Shown in pieces: positions 14,117 through 26,032 of a DNA stretch of 64,000 bases (positions within the stretch are counted from its first letter, which is position 1; each line of letters opens with the position of its first letter). Both the position numbers and the translations under genes were made by a program. The DNA comes from Lama guanicoe (lineage: Eukaryota), in contig MU054187.1 of assembly GCA_013239625.1 (NCBI GenBank), positions 62,001 to 126,000 on the forward strand. Reading direction: 5' to 3'. The notes below the pieces were generated by a model that was given only the letters and a program-made list of their open reading frames with translations, did not search any database and was not told the origin of the DNA.

Positions 14117-17100
14117 TTTTTTTTTTTTAGATTTTTTAAACTTTTTTTATTGAGTAATAGTCATTTTACAGTGTTGTCAAATTCTAGTGTAGAGCACAAT
14201 TTTTCAGTTATATATGAACATATGTATATATTCATTGTCACATTTTTTTTCACTGAGCTACCACAAGATCTTGTTTATATTTTCCTGTGCCATACAGTAT
14301 AATCTTGCTTGTCTGTTCTGCATTTTAAAATCCCAGTCTGTCCCTTCCCACCCCCCACCCCCTTGGCAACCACAAGTTTGTATTCTGTGTCTATGAGTCT
14401 ATTTCTGTTTTGTTTTGTTTTGTTTTAGATTCCTCATATGAGCGACCTCATATGGTATTTTTCTTTCTCTTTCTGGCTTATTTCACTTAGAATGACATTC
14501 TCCAGGGACATCCATGTTGCTACAAATGGCGTTATGTTGTCGGTTTTTATGGCTGAATAGTATTCCATCGTACAAATAAACCACCTCTTCTTTATCCAGT
14601 CCTCTTTTGATGGACATTTAGGCTGCTTCCATGTCTTGGCTATGGTAAATAGTGCTGCTATGAACATTGGGGTGCAGGTGTCATTCTGAAGTAGGGTTCC
14701 TTCTGGATATATGCCCAGGAGTGAGATTCCTGGGTCATATGGTATGTCTATTCCTAGTCTTTTGAGAAATCTCCATACTGTTTTCCACAATGGCTTTCCT
14801 TGCTTCCCTCTCCCACTCTTAATGATTTAAATGTCTTCTTTTACAATTTTGTGTTTATTCTTTTTGTAATTCATGGCAGTTATCTCCTTTCCAGTTATGA
14901 GTTTCTCATTTTTGAGCATCCTGCTTCTTTTCTATTTAGAGTAGACCTGTCAATATTTCTTTTAGCATGGGTTTAGTGTTGCTAAACTTTTGAGTTTTTG
15001 CTTGTCTGTGAAGTTCTTTATCTCTCATTCTGTTCTAAAGGATAGCCTTGCTGGATAGAGTATCCTAGGCTGCATCTTTTTTTCATGCAGGACTTTAAAT
15101 ATATCTTGCCACTCCCTTCTGGCCTGCAGTGTTTGTGTAGAGAAATCAGCTGAGAGCCTTATGGGGGTTCCCTTGTAACTCACTCTTTGTTTTTCTCTTG
15201 CTGCCTTTAGGATCATTTCTTTATCCTTGACTCTGACCATCTTGATTATGATATGTCTTGGTATGGGTCTGTTTGGGTTCTTCCTATTTGGGACCCTCTG
15301 AGCTTCCTGTACTTGGATATCTGATTCCCTGTTTAAGTTTGGGAAGTTTTCAGTCATGATTTCTTCACATACCTTTTCAATCCCCTTTGTTCTTTTTTCC
15401 CCTTCTGGAACCCCTATTATGTGTAGACTGGCATGCTTTATATTATCCCATAGGTCCCTTATATTGTTTTCCTTGTTTTTTATTTGTTTTTCTTTCATCT
15501 GTTCTGATTGGGTGCTTTCTATTGTCCTGTCTTCTAGGTCACTTATCTGTTCTTCTGCATTATCTAGTCTGCTTTGTACAGCCTTTAGATCAGCTCTCAG
15601 AAAATGAGTTTGCCAATTCTACTTTGTTCCTCTTTATAGCTTCTACTTCATTTTTGACATATTTTATATCTCTAAACACTATTTCTTTTAGTTCCTTCAG
15701 TACTTTGATCACTCCTTTTTTGAAATCTTGACCTAGTAGGCCATCAATGTTTACTTCATTGATCGTTCTTTCAGGGAATTTCTTTTGATCTTTTAATTGG
15801 GAGTGGTTCCTCTGCTTCTTCATCTTGCTCTAATGTCTCTGGTACTGTGGCTTACGGAGTATCAGCTATCTATTGTGGTCCTTAAAGGAGTTTATTTATT
15901 TATCTATCTAAAGCCTATGCAGGAATAAGACAAAAAAAAAAAGAGAATTTTAAAAGAAGGGAGAAAAGAAAGGTTTGAAAACAGTGTATAATCAATAATA
16001 GAAGAGCAAGTTGAAGCAGAATAGCAATTGAGTTGAGACATCTTTTTAAAACCTTAAAAAAAGGAGAAAAGGTTAAAGAACAATATTTGAAACCTGTGTA
16101 TAATCAATAACAGGAGATCAAAACCAAGAGAAATAGAAATGAAATGAAGTAAACTTTTAAAAATATAATAATAAATATATTTTAAAGGAAAAATTTTAAA
16201 GGGATTAAAACTGGAGACATACAATTGTTTAACAAGTAAAATTTTAAAAGGTAATAGAAAATAGAACAGATTTTTTAAAAAGATAAAACGAGAGAATTTT
16301 AAAAGAAGGGAGAAAAGAAAGGTTTCAAAACAGTGTTTACTCAATAATAGAAGAGCAAGTTGAAGCAGAATAGCAATAGAGTTGAGATGTCTTTTAAAAA
16401 CCTCTAAAAAAGGAGAAAAAAATCAAAAAAACTATTTAAAACTTGTGTGTAGTCAATAACGAGATCAAAACCAAGAGAAATAAAAATGAAATGAGGTAGG
16501 TTTTTAAAAATAATAATAAAAAGATTTTTTAAAAACTTAGAAGGGATTAAAACTGTAGACATATACAATTGTTTAAAAAGTAAAGATGAAAAAGGTAATA
16601 GAAAATAGATTAAAAAAATGGGGGGGGATGTGTTCTCCCAGAAACTGTGCACTCTTAGTGATTTCATCAAGAAGTCTTTCTGTCTTTGCCCTGTTTCACA
16701 AACTCAGCTTGCTGTTTCTAGAGGCCCTCAGATGGCACCCTCATCAGTGCTGCTCCCGGTGCCTGTTGGCTAGCAGATCGTGCCCACTCCCAACACTGGG
16801 TCAGGTGCTGTGCTCTTACACAGTGGAAAGGCAGGTCACTCCCCCTCTCGATGCCGCAGTCAGTTGCTGCGCTTGGGAGAGGTAGATGGGTGGATCGTGC
16901 CCCCTCCCAACACCATGGTCAGGTGCTGAGCTCCTGCCAGGAAGGCGGGTGGCTGCCCGCCCTCTCCTGGAGCAGGTCGCTCTGCTGCTCTGTGCAGCTG
17001 CCTGCTCCACCTCTGTCTGCACTCCGTAGGCAGGCTTGGGGAAGACGGTGTAACAGCCCTGCCCCTGCCCCATGGCAAAACCCAGCTCCTTGTTTGTCTT

Positions 17101-17953
17101 GACAGCACGAGTTCTCTGAGGTACCAGGTCAGAAAGATCCTATCTGTCTTAGGCCGTAAACAAGTCTCAATCCTGCCTAGGATGTTGCAGAGCCCCCAGT
17201 TGCGTATTCAGGTCTTGGTCTCGGCCCCGTCCCCACCTAATCGCTGCGCACAGGAGGATATGGCAGCTGTGGCTGCGCCCTGCCTCTCTTCTCATGAGAA
17301 GTACCAGTAATGGTGCCACGGGTCTGAGGAGACAAAGACTATGGCGCCTCTCCCCCCAGGACACACCCGCAGTGTTGCTTTGCTTTTTTTTTTTCTGTAA
17401 TTTATGGGGGGGCCAGGTTATTCTGCTTTGTATCCCCTCCCAGCCATGGCACGAAGCACCCTGCAGTCCCCGGGGCTGCCTCAGTGCAGCTGCCCCAGTC
17501 CTCTGCCCGGCTTGGGCAGCCTGTTCCGTCCCCCAGCTGCCAGGTCGCATCTCGGGCTGGGTGTCACAGGGACCCTTTGTGCCCGTTTAACTTAGTTCTG
17601 TCGTACAAGGGGTGCTCTGTACAGATCTGAGCCTCAGAGGCTCTCCCTCCATCCCGCGGAGGGATGAACTCTCCATTGGAGAGGGGGAGATTCAGCAAAC
17701 AAGCGCTATTCCTCCTTTGCCGCTCCCTCCCTGTGGGACTGGTCCCACACTGTTTTGCTTTTTCTTCTTTCTTTTTTCCTTTTCTCCTACCAGATATGTA
17801 GCGTCTTTGTCTTTTGAAGAGGGCGATGTTATGTTGGAGTTCAGCAGGTGCTCTGGTTGGCTGGGTGGGTCCGTGGATGTTAGTTTTGGTGTATTTGTGG
17901 GAGAGGGTGAGCTACAAGTGTCCTACCCTGCCATCTTGGCCCATCCCAGCTCC
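14117..17953 (-). mobile_element. L1 with 5'UTR, disrupted ORF1, ORF2 C-terminal remnant, 3'UTR and poly(A); most of ORF2 is missing
   Basis: 5' end has a YY1-type CAAGATGGC (17930-17938) and a GC-rich UTR. ORF1 pieces lie at 15823-15590 and 15498-15025 (IRDLWDNIKH...GTPIRLSADFS...ARREWQDIFK). ORF2 tail lies at 14790-14434 (WKTVWRFLK...CTPMFIAALFTIAKTWKQPKCP). Poly(A) is at 14117-14128. Confidence 0.93.
15942..16618. repeat. Two diverged ~349-bp tandem units in the L1 5'UTR
   Basis: agagaattttaaaagaagggagaaaagaaaggttt starts at both 15942 and 16291, with colinear similarity along the units. Confidence 0.9.
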
Positions 17954-18703
17954 AGAGCCATTTTAGGTTTACAATAAAATTGAAAAGGAAGTATACAAAT
18001 TTACCATATACCCTTGTCCCCGACACAGGCAGGATCTTCCCCATTATCCATATAGTTTGCCAGTAGTCCATTTGTTACTAAGACTGAACTTTACATTGAC
18101 ACATCATAATCACCCAAAGTCCGTAATTTACCTTAGGGATCATTCCTGATGTTGTACATTCAGTGGGTTTGGACTGATGTATAATGACATATATCCATTA
18201 TTATAGTATCATACAGTGTATTTCCACTGTCCTGAAAGTCCTCTGTGCTCTACCTGTTCATCTCCCTCACTCTTCCTCCAACCTGGCACCAATCTTTATA
18301 TTGTCTTTGTAGTTTTTCCTTTTTCAGAATGTCATATAGTGGGAATCATATAGGTGTGTAGCGTTTTCAGATTGGCTTCTTTCACTTAGTCATAGGCACT
18401 TAAATTTCCTCCCTGTTTCCACATGGCTTGATAGCTTGCTTCTTTTTAGTGCTGAGTAATATTCCATTGTCTGGATATATCATGGTTTATCTATTCACCT
18501 ACTCAGGGACATCTTGGTTGCTTCCATGTTTTGGCAATTATGAATAAAGCTGTGATAAACATACATACAGAGATGTTTATGTGAACATACATTTTCTACT
18601 TCTTTGGGTAAAGATCAAGGAGTGTGATTGTATAGTAGGAGTATGCTTAATTTTGTAAGAAACCACCAAACTGTCTTCCAAAGTGGCTGGGCCGTTTTGC
18701 ACC
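17954..18703 (-). mobile_element. Older L1MA-like 3' end
   Basis: ttttaggtttacaataaaattg, ttacattgacacatcataatcacccaaagtcc and caaactgtcttccaaagtggctg. Confidence 0.75.
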
Positions 18704-18759
18704 ATTTATTCTTCAAGGCGCACATTATTTCCAAGGTCCCATGAAGTTCTCGTGACTGT

Positions 18760-19840
18760 GCAATGTCTTTTTTCTCAAATCCAACCCACTTTTGTGTCTC
18801 TTCTCACCTGAATACAGCTTAAATATTGATAATATTCCCAAGGTTCCAACCTGGACCTCCTCTTCCTCCTTTTACATGATATCCGTGGACAGTCTTTTCT
18901 AGTGCTCATACCTTCAGGCACTGTTTCTGCTCTTGGGATTCCTGAAGTTGTGTCTCCTTCTCACGTCCCTTTCTTAGAGCTCAGACCCATAAAGCCGCTG
19001 CCTCTTGGTCAGTTTTCCCTCAGCTATTTCATAAGCATTGCATTAATTACATATCAAAACCAGATTTACTATTAGCGACTACCCCTCTCCAGATATCTTC
19101 CCTGAATCCCCTTTCTTGGTAAGTGTACTTTACTTGTCCAAACCAGATGCTTGAGGTCTCCTTTGGCTCTGTCTTCACTGTCATTCCTAACATCTGGGAG
19201 TCCTTAAGTGTTGTTAAGTCTCCTTCCTTATTTTCTTTCAAGCCCATCTCTCTTTCCTCCCACCACTACTGACTGCCACTTACATCCTGTCTATGTCTTG
19301 CTTTGATCATGGAAGAGCTTTCTAGCTAGCAGGCTGCTTTCCCTACCTGCCCATAGTAGAGCCTGTTCTTCAGAATGTTGTTCGGAGGATCATTCTATAC
19401 TGATATCTGCCTTGTTAGCCTCTGTCCAAACTGCCCATGGCTCCCGCAAGGCCTCAGAATAAAGCTGCATGCCCTGCTGTAGTCTGCAGCAGCCCTCTCT
19501 CTGCTGCTGTTTGTAGGTTTTCCTGCATGCACTGTATTCTCTCGTATTTGTGGTCCTCCTGTTCCTTTCCTGGATGTACTTCCTTCGCTTTCTCCCTAAT
19601 AACATACACTTAGCGTTCAGCTTTAGGTGGCAGATCGTGATTCAGGTGGCAGCTGTTTCCCTCTTCCCTGTGCCCACCTGGCCTTGTTTTCCTCTTACTT
19701 GTTCCCATGGTGCCTGAACGACACTTTGATAGCAGTACTTCTACCACGTTGTTTATGACTCTTTCCTTCTGACCTCCTCATCCCTACAAAGTGCTATGTC
19801 CCTTCAACTTCTGCATGTGAGTCCCCAGCACAAGCCGCAT
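18760..19840 (+). mobile_element. L2 relic
   Basis: Decayed GVPQGS-type motif (ttcccaaggttcc...ctcctcttcctc) and a pyrimidine-rich L2-like 3' region. Confidence 0.5.
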
Positions 19841-19872
19841 GTGGCTGGTTATTTGTTCACATTTTTCTAGGA

Positions 19873-20081
19873 CTGTGGTTCTCAACTGGGAGTGGTTTCA
19901 TCCCCCAGGGGATATTTGGCGATGCCTGGAGACATTTTTGACAGTCATTACTGGTGGGGCAGTGCTACCGTCATCTAGTGGGTGGTGGCCAGGAATGCTG
20001 CTGAACCCCCTACGATGCACCAGGCAGGCTTCCACCTTACCCAGCTTGAAATGACAACAGTGCTGAGGCCGAGAAACCCTG
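19873..20081. mobile_element. MER20 (hAT-Charlie)
   Basis: CTGTGGTTCTCAAC...cccccaggggatatttggc.atgcctggagacattttt...GAGAAACCCTG, with flanks ttctagga / ctctagca. Confidence 0.85.
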
Positions 20082-20600
20082 CTCTAGCAGGAAGGGCAAA
20101 ACTTGAGAGTACTAAAAGAAGACATTCGTAACAAAAAGATGGAATTAAATTTGGAGTTCTCAGATAGTATATATAAGTTTTCAGTGTCAAGGAACTAAAT
20201 TTTCAGTGTAAACTGCTCAGGTTCTTTTTGTGGACTGTTAACATTTATTCAGAAGCTGTGTTGGGGTGTGGGAATCATGTGACCCCTGTGCTTATTAATG
20301 GATTAGCAGCATTTAGTATTTAAACTTTAGTAATGCAGTAATTTAGACATGTAACTGAAATTGTGAAAAGGATAGTGGAACTAAGATCTTCATTTGAATA
20401 TTTTTTTCATTTACTTTTTCATATTTTAAATGTGCCTGGTAACAGGTCACTACCCAAGCTGGTTTTTCGAAGAGACATGGGGGTGGGTGATATTTTTTTT
20501 TAAGCTCTTGAAAAGGTTTTAACTATAAAATCCTCGAAAAAGGCCAAGTGTGATAAACCTTTTGTGTATAGACTAGGAAATGATGAAAACTGTAGTGCTA

Positions 20601-20622
20601 ACACACACACACACACACACAC
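20601..20622. repeat. (AC)11 microsatellite
   Basis: Read directly from the sequence. Confidence 0.9.
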
Positions 20623-21765
20623 GCAGCCACAAGTGATAACCCTCAGATGCTTGTATCCTCTTCACTGTCTCTAGTTCATTGCCTGCGACAGTGCCAGGGC
20701 CACAGTTCATGCTGGCAGGAGAGAGGGCTCTTCATGAGGGACCCCAGAGCTACACTATGAGTTGACCAGGTACAGAAGAACCATTCAACTAGATGTACAA
20801 TTTACGTTTAGTAAATGTAAAATTTAGTGTAGGTATTAAATTGGAAGGGGCTACCGATATACTGGAAAGTTAGAATGTTGAAGGATAAATTGTCATCATT
20901 AGAACAAGATGGGACTGACCTGCACAACCAAGTAACAGGAAAATAAAATACCTATCATACTTAAAAGTTTTGGCGTGTGTCAGGGCAAAGACAGAAAACA
21001 TCACAAAAGAAAGCTTTAATTCTTCTCTCCAGGGTTGGCTGTTGTTGTGAATTCCTGTTTTGTAATCTAGTTTTCAAAACAATTTTTATTTATTTGGTGG
21101 TTCAGAAATTTTAGTAGAAGAAAGAAGAAACATTTTGGGAAATGTTAGGAAAAAGACTCAGTGACTCATTCTTAAATAGTTCCTGTTGATATCAGCAATT
21201 TCAAACTAGCCTCTGGAAAATGGTATATTGGAATTATGCAGAAAAAGTTAATTTTTCATCTGTATCCTTGGAGATGTCTTTGGTAAATTAAGCGGTTTAC
21301 ACTTAAGAGGAAATTTTCTTTTATTTTGTTTTTAACAAATAGTGAATATTATTTACTCCACATTAAAATTCAAAATCAAAACAATGGTTTTTTTTCCAAT
21401 AGGTATTAGATTACATTGACTAGCAGCCATTCAGGTTGGTGTTATTAGTTCAGTGTTTGAGACTGATACGTGTGGCACATTTCTTTTAGTTTATTGAAGG
21501 AAGATTGAAATATTTGTGCTGAATTTAGTGGATTCTGTGAGATAGTCTCTGGCTTATAATTGGTTTAATCTCTTGTCTTTGGGTATATGACTTATTTTGG
21601 ATTTTGTGACTTTGTGTCAAAATAGAAGTTTAAGCTACAGATAGTGTATTTACAAAGTTATTTCAATAAATATAATTATAAGGGAATAGAATAATAGGCA
21701 TATATAAATAGGATTTGAATAAAGAGTTCTCCAAATTTAATTGCGTTTCTCTTAATTTTTTTCAG

Positions 21766-22016
21766 ACAAGTCCTACAGAAATTTTGGAGTATTCGTCAGA
21801 TAGTGAAAGAGCTGATGACTCAGAGAATGTCTTGTTCACTGATGCAGAGCCCTCTCACAGATGCCCCGTGGGCAGTGGGCCAGGTGGGAGACATGCTGCG
21901 GAGAAACTGGTATACCCGGGGCTGAGGCCTGCAGAGACCATTGTGCATGCACCCCCAAGACAGACAAAGCTTCCCAAGACTCCAGAGAAGTCAGCAAAGA
22001 CAAAGAAGCTTTTAAG
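21766..22016 (+). CDS. SPIDR: SPIDR internal coding exon (251 bp; recalled as equivalent to human exon 6)
   Basis: Acceptor ttttttTCAG ends at 21765 and donor GTTAAA starts at 22017. Translates TSPTEILEYSSDSERADDSENVLFTDAEP...PKTPEKSAKTKKLLR, matching recalled SPIDR sequence (EILEYSSDSE...PRTPENSAKKKLLR). Starts in phase 0, ends in phase 2. Confidence 0.93.
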
Positions 22017-23949
22017 GTTAAATTGCACATTTTAAAATTTTTTTAAGTTTTCCTCTTTCTTAAAAAACCCAAATACCTAAAGTGTTAATTTAGAAATACT
22101 TAGTTGTTTACTTGCGAAGGAAGATTGACAGAGTAGAATTGTAATCCCATCCTAATTTCTGGAGATGATTTATGGTATTTTTCATCCAAATTGAGCATTC
22201 ACTCTTTTTAGTCATAACCAGCTTATGTGACTGTTTTCCTTAATAGAGATTGGTTATTTGGGTTTATCAAATTTTATTGAACACCAGTGTTCCAGGTGCT
22301 GTCTTAGACAATTGAAACAAGTAAATGACTCTTCCTGTTTTCAAGTAACTTAACAGTCCATAGAAATATGGACTGTTGAGATTACATTTGTGATTGTGAT
22401 TGGCCAGGGAAACACTTGCAAAGACTTTTGAGAGCAAGGATTCATAGGAAAGAAATTAGTGTGTATGTGAAGAACCCTAGGGGCCAGGCCATGGAGGACC
22501 CAGCAGGACAAGTGAAGGAGCCTGGAGTGTGCTGGGGCGGGGTTGTGGGGTGTTGCATGTCCAAACGCTGTGTCGTACACTGTCTGTTTGTGTCTTAAAT
22601 TAGAACGAATCAGGGAAAACACAACTTCAATGAAAGTGTGAAGGAGAAGTTGTGGGAAACAGTGCCACAAAAGCAAACTCAGTGGAGAGTTTAAAGGAAA
22701 AAGGAATACAGTAGAAAGAGTAAACATGGCAATGAAGAACACGGTTTTGGATCTGTTTAGGATATGTCTACCTCAAGAGAGGGCAAATACAATGCACACC
22801 AAGGAGACCCCAGTGCCGGTATCAGACAATGTCAGTGGATTATTAAGGGAGGAAGCGAGGGGCTCAAGGAGTGCAGATGGGGCTGTGACCCTTCTGCTGG
22901 AAGCTGGGATTCAAGATAGGAAAAGGGTGGGGAGCTTAGCTTGTTTGGGTTTGAATGGGATCCAGTATCTAAAGAAATTCCCAGAGAAAAGGTGAGATAT
23001 TTGAAGAATGATAGGGAAGACCCAGTGGAGATGGCGAGATTAGGGGTCATTTCTGTCAGCATCCGGGAAGGGAAGTGGGAGAGGGAGGCCTGTCTTGAAT
23101 AAAGGGGTGGAGGGAAGAGTATGAAGTGTGACTGAGTTGAGTGGGATGGATGTAGTCTGGTGAGTCAGCTGATGCCTATCCACTGTTTCCTTTTGTTTTG
23201 TTTTTTAAATATAAAATAAGACAGAGGCCTTATGCTCAAAGTGAAGAAATTATACCTCAAATGAGAATAGTGGTGGTTTGTAATAGTCTCTGGAGAAAAC
23301 AGAAAAGGAAGCTAAGTAAAGGGATTAGAATGCTGTTTGAAGTCGATCCTACACAATTATAGAAAGTCCCAACCCAGTTAAGGGCCTACTGTGTGCCAAG
23401 CACTATTTCGTGTCCTGGAGGCACAGCAGTGAACAAAGGCAATGATGTTTCAATTTTAAGCAACAGATCAGGGAAGCCTCTGAGAACATGACTTATTGAG
23501 CAGCTGGCAGAACAGAGCTGGCATTTCCTGAGATGAGGTAGGAGAATGGTGAGGGCATCATATGGTTTGGTTTTGTTTTCCTTGGTAAAAAAATGATAAG
23601 GCTTTTTTTGGAATAATGAGGTTATTCATCTTTTACTTTCTCTGTTGTAAATTGTACAAGTTCTTTTCAGAGTTTATATACCAGGGTTTGAGTTTTTCTT
23701 ATTATTTTGATTCTATACTTTCAAACACAAATTGGAGTTTTTCCACCAACCTTGCTCTTTGACATCAAATTCTTATGTACATGTGTACATATATTTGGGG
23801 GGAATGTATAAAAGTTTATATTTTGTGTGGTCAGTTCTGTGAGTTGGTCATGTGTCATGCCACCTCCCAATGACTTTTTAAGCATAAGAAGTTGTTCTGC
23901 ATCCTTAATAGTAATAATCTCCTTTTGTACATATTGTGGAAATATGTAT

Positions 23950-24287
23950 TATTTTCTTTCAGTTTTCAGATTTAATGACATACAGTACTGTGTAAGTTTA
24001 AGGTGTACAAGCATAGTGATTTGATTTATGTACGTTGTGAAATGATTACCATGGTAAGTTTAGCTAACATCATCACCTCATATACATCCAAAGAAAGTTG
24101 AGAAATGGTTTCTACATTGTGATAAGAACTTTTGGGATCTACTGTCTTAGAAAATTTTACATACATCATAAAGCAGTGTTACCCATACTCCTCATGTTGT
24201 GCATTACATCTCTAGTACTTATTTATCGTATACCTAGAAGTTCATACCTTTTGACCACCTTCATCCAGTTACCCCTTCTCCCACCTC
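23950..24287 (-). mobile_element. L1 3' end
   Basis: tgtgtaagtttaaggtgtacaagcatagtgatttg...; closely similar to 33645-33970. Confidence 0.8.
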
Positions 24288-26032
24288 AAAGAATCATATA
24301 AAGAAGAACAAACTAAACCCAAAGTTAGTATCAGAAGGGAAATAATAAAAATCAGAGGGGAAATACATGATATGGACTGTAAAGATAATAGAAAAGACTA
24401 ATGGAAATGATTAATGATTACTGGGTTTTTTTTAAAAGCTAAACTCAGGCAAACTTTTACCTAAACAAAAAAGGAGAGAAGACTCAGATAAAATTAGAAA
24501 TGAAAAAGAAGTCATTAAAACTGATACCACATAAATACAAAGAATCATGATAGGCCTCCGTGATAATTATACACCAACAAATTGGACAACCTAGAAGAAA
24601 TGAATGAATCCTAGAAACATACAACCTACCAGAACTGAATCAAGATGAAATAAAAACTCTGAACAGACCAGCTACTAGTAAGGAGATTGAATCAGTAATC
24701 AAAACTCTCACAACAAAGTAAAGTCTAGGAACAGATGGCTTCACTGATTATTTCTGTCTCATGTTAAGAAGAGTTAGTGCCAATCTTCGTCACTTTCAAA
24801 TAAAAAAAGAGGAGGAAACACTTCCAAGCTCATTTTACCTGGCCAACATTACCCTAATACCAAAACCAGATAAGGTCATTTCAAGAAAAGAAAATTACAG
24901 GCCAGTATCCCTGAGGAACATGGACACAGAAGTCCTCAATAAAGCATTAGCACATCAAATTCAACGATGTATTAAAAGGATTATACACTGTGATCACTTG
25001 GGATTGTTTCTAGGGATGCAAGGATTGTTCTTCCTCCAAAAATCACTCAACATGATACCCCGTATTAACAAAATGGAGGAAAAAATCGTACGATCATTTC
25101 AGTAGATGCAGAAAATTCTTTAACAAATACCAACATCTGTTCATAAAAACAGTTTCAACAAACTAGGTATAAAGGGAATGTACCTTAACATAATAAAGGC
25201 CATAAAATGACAAGCCCACAGCTGACATCGTACTCACAGTGAAAAGCTCATAGCATTTCCTCCTTTACAAGGATGCCCACTCTTGTCACTTTCATTCAAC
25301 ATCGTACTGAAAGTCCCCACCAGAGTAATTAGGTAGGAAGAAGAAATAAAAGGCATCCCAATTCAGAAGAACTAAAACTTGTCTTTTTTATAGATGACAT
25401 GATCTTATACAGAAAACTCTAAAGACTCTTGAATGGACATTTTCCCAAAAGAGACATCCAAATAACTGAAAGGTATATCAGAAGATGTTCCATATCAGTA
25501 ATCTGGGAAATGCAAGTCAAAACTCAGTGAGATACCACCTCACGTCTGTCAGAATGGCTGTCATCAAAAAGGAGATGATAAGTACTGACTAGGATGTATA
25601 GAAAAGGGAGCCCTTCTGCACTGTCGGCGGGAACATGAATTTACGTAGCCGCTATTTAAAACTGTGTGGAGGTTCTAAGAAAATTAAAAATACATCTACT
25701 GTATTATCCACCAATCCCACTTCTGGGAATATATTCATGTGAAAGGGGTGCAGACTTTTAGTCATAAGGTGGATAAGTTCTGAAGGATCTAATGTAAACA
25801 TGGTGACTATTATTGAAAATGCTATATTGTACAATTTAAATTTTTTAAGTGGGTAGAACTTAAATGTTTTCACCAAAAAGAATAAAAGGTAAATCTGTGA
25901 GGTGATGATCTGTCAGTTAAGTAAATTGAGAGGGATGTGTTCCTTGCAGATGTATAATATGTATCAAGTCACCACACTGTATGCTGTAAATACTTAACAA
26001 ATTCATTTGTCAAAGAAAGCAAAAAAGAAAAG
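24288..26032 (+). mobile_element. L1 ORF2/3'UTR fragment with internal deletions
   Basis: EETLPSSFYLANITLIPKPDK...ENYRPVSLRNMD (RT N-terminal part), then abrupt jumps near 25430 and 25740, ending in an A-rich tail. Confidence 0.88.

Noticed and set aside
15025..15823. Intact L1 ORF1 or an active L1
   Set aside because: ORF1 is broken by a frameshift near 15600 and a premature stop at 15025, and the ORF2 EN/RT domains are absent.
21715..22035. Stand-alone 106-aa ORF (likewise 50923-51216)
   Set aside because: These are SPIDR exons with intronic read-through at the ends, not separate genes.
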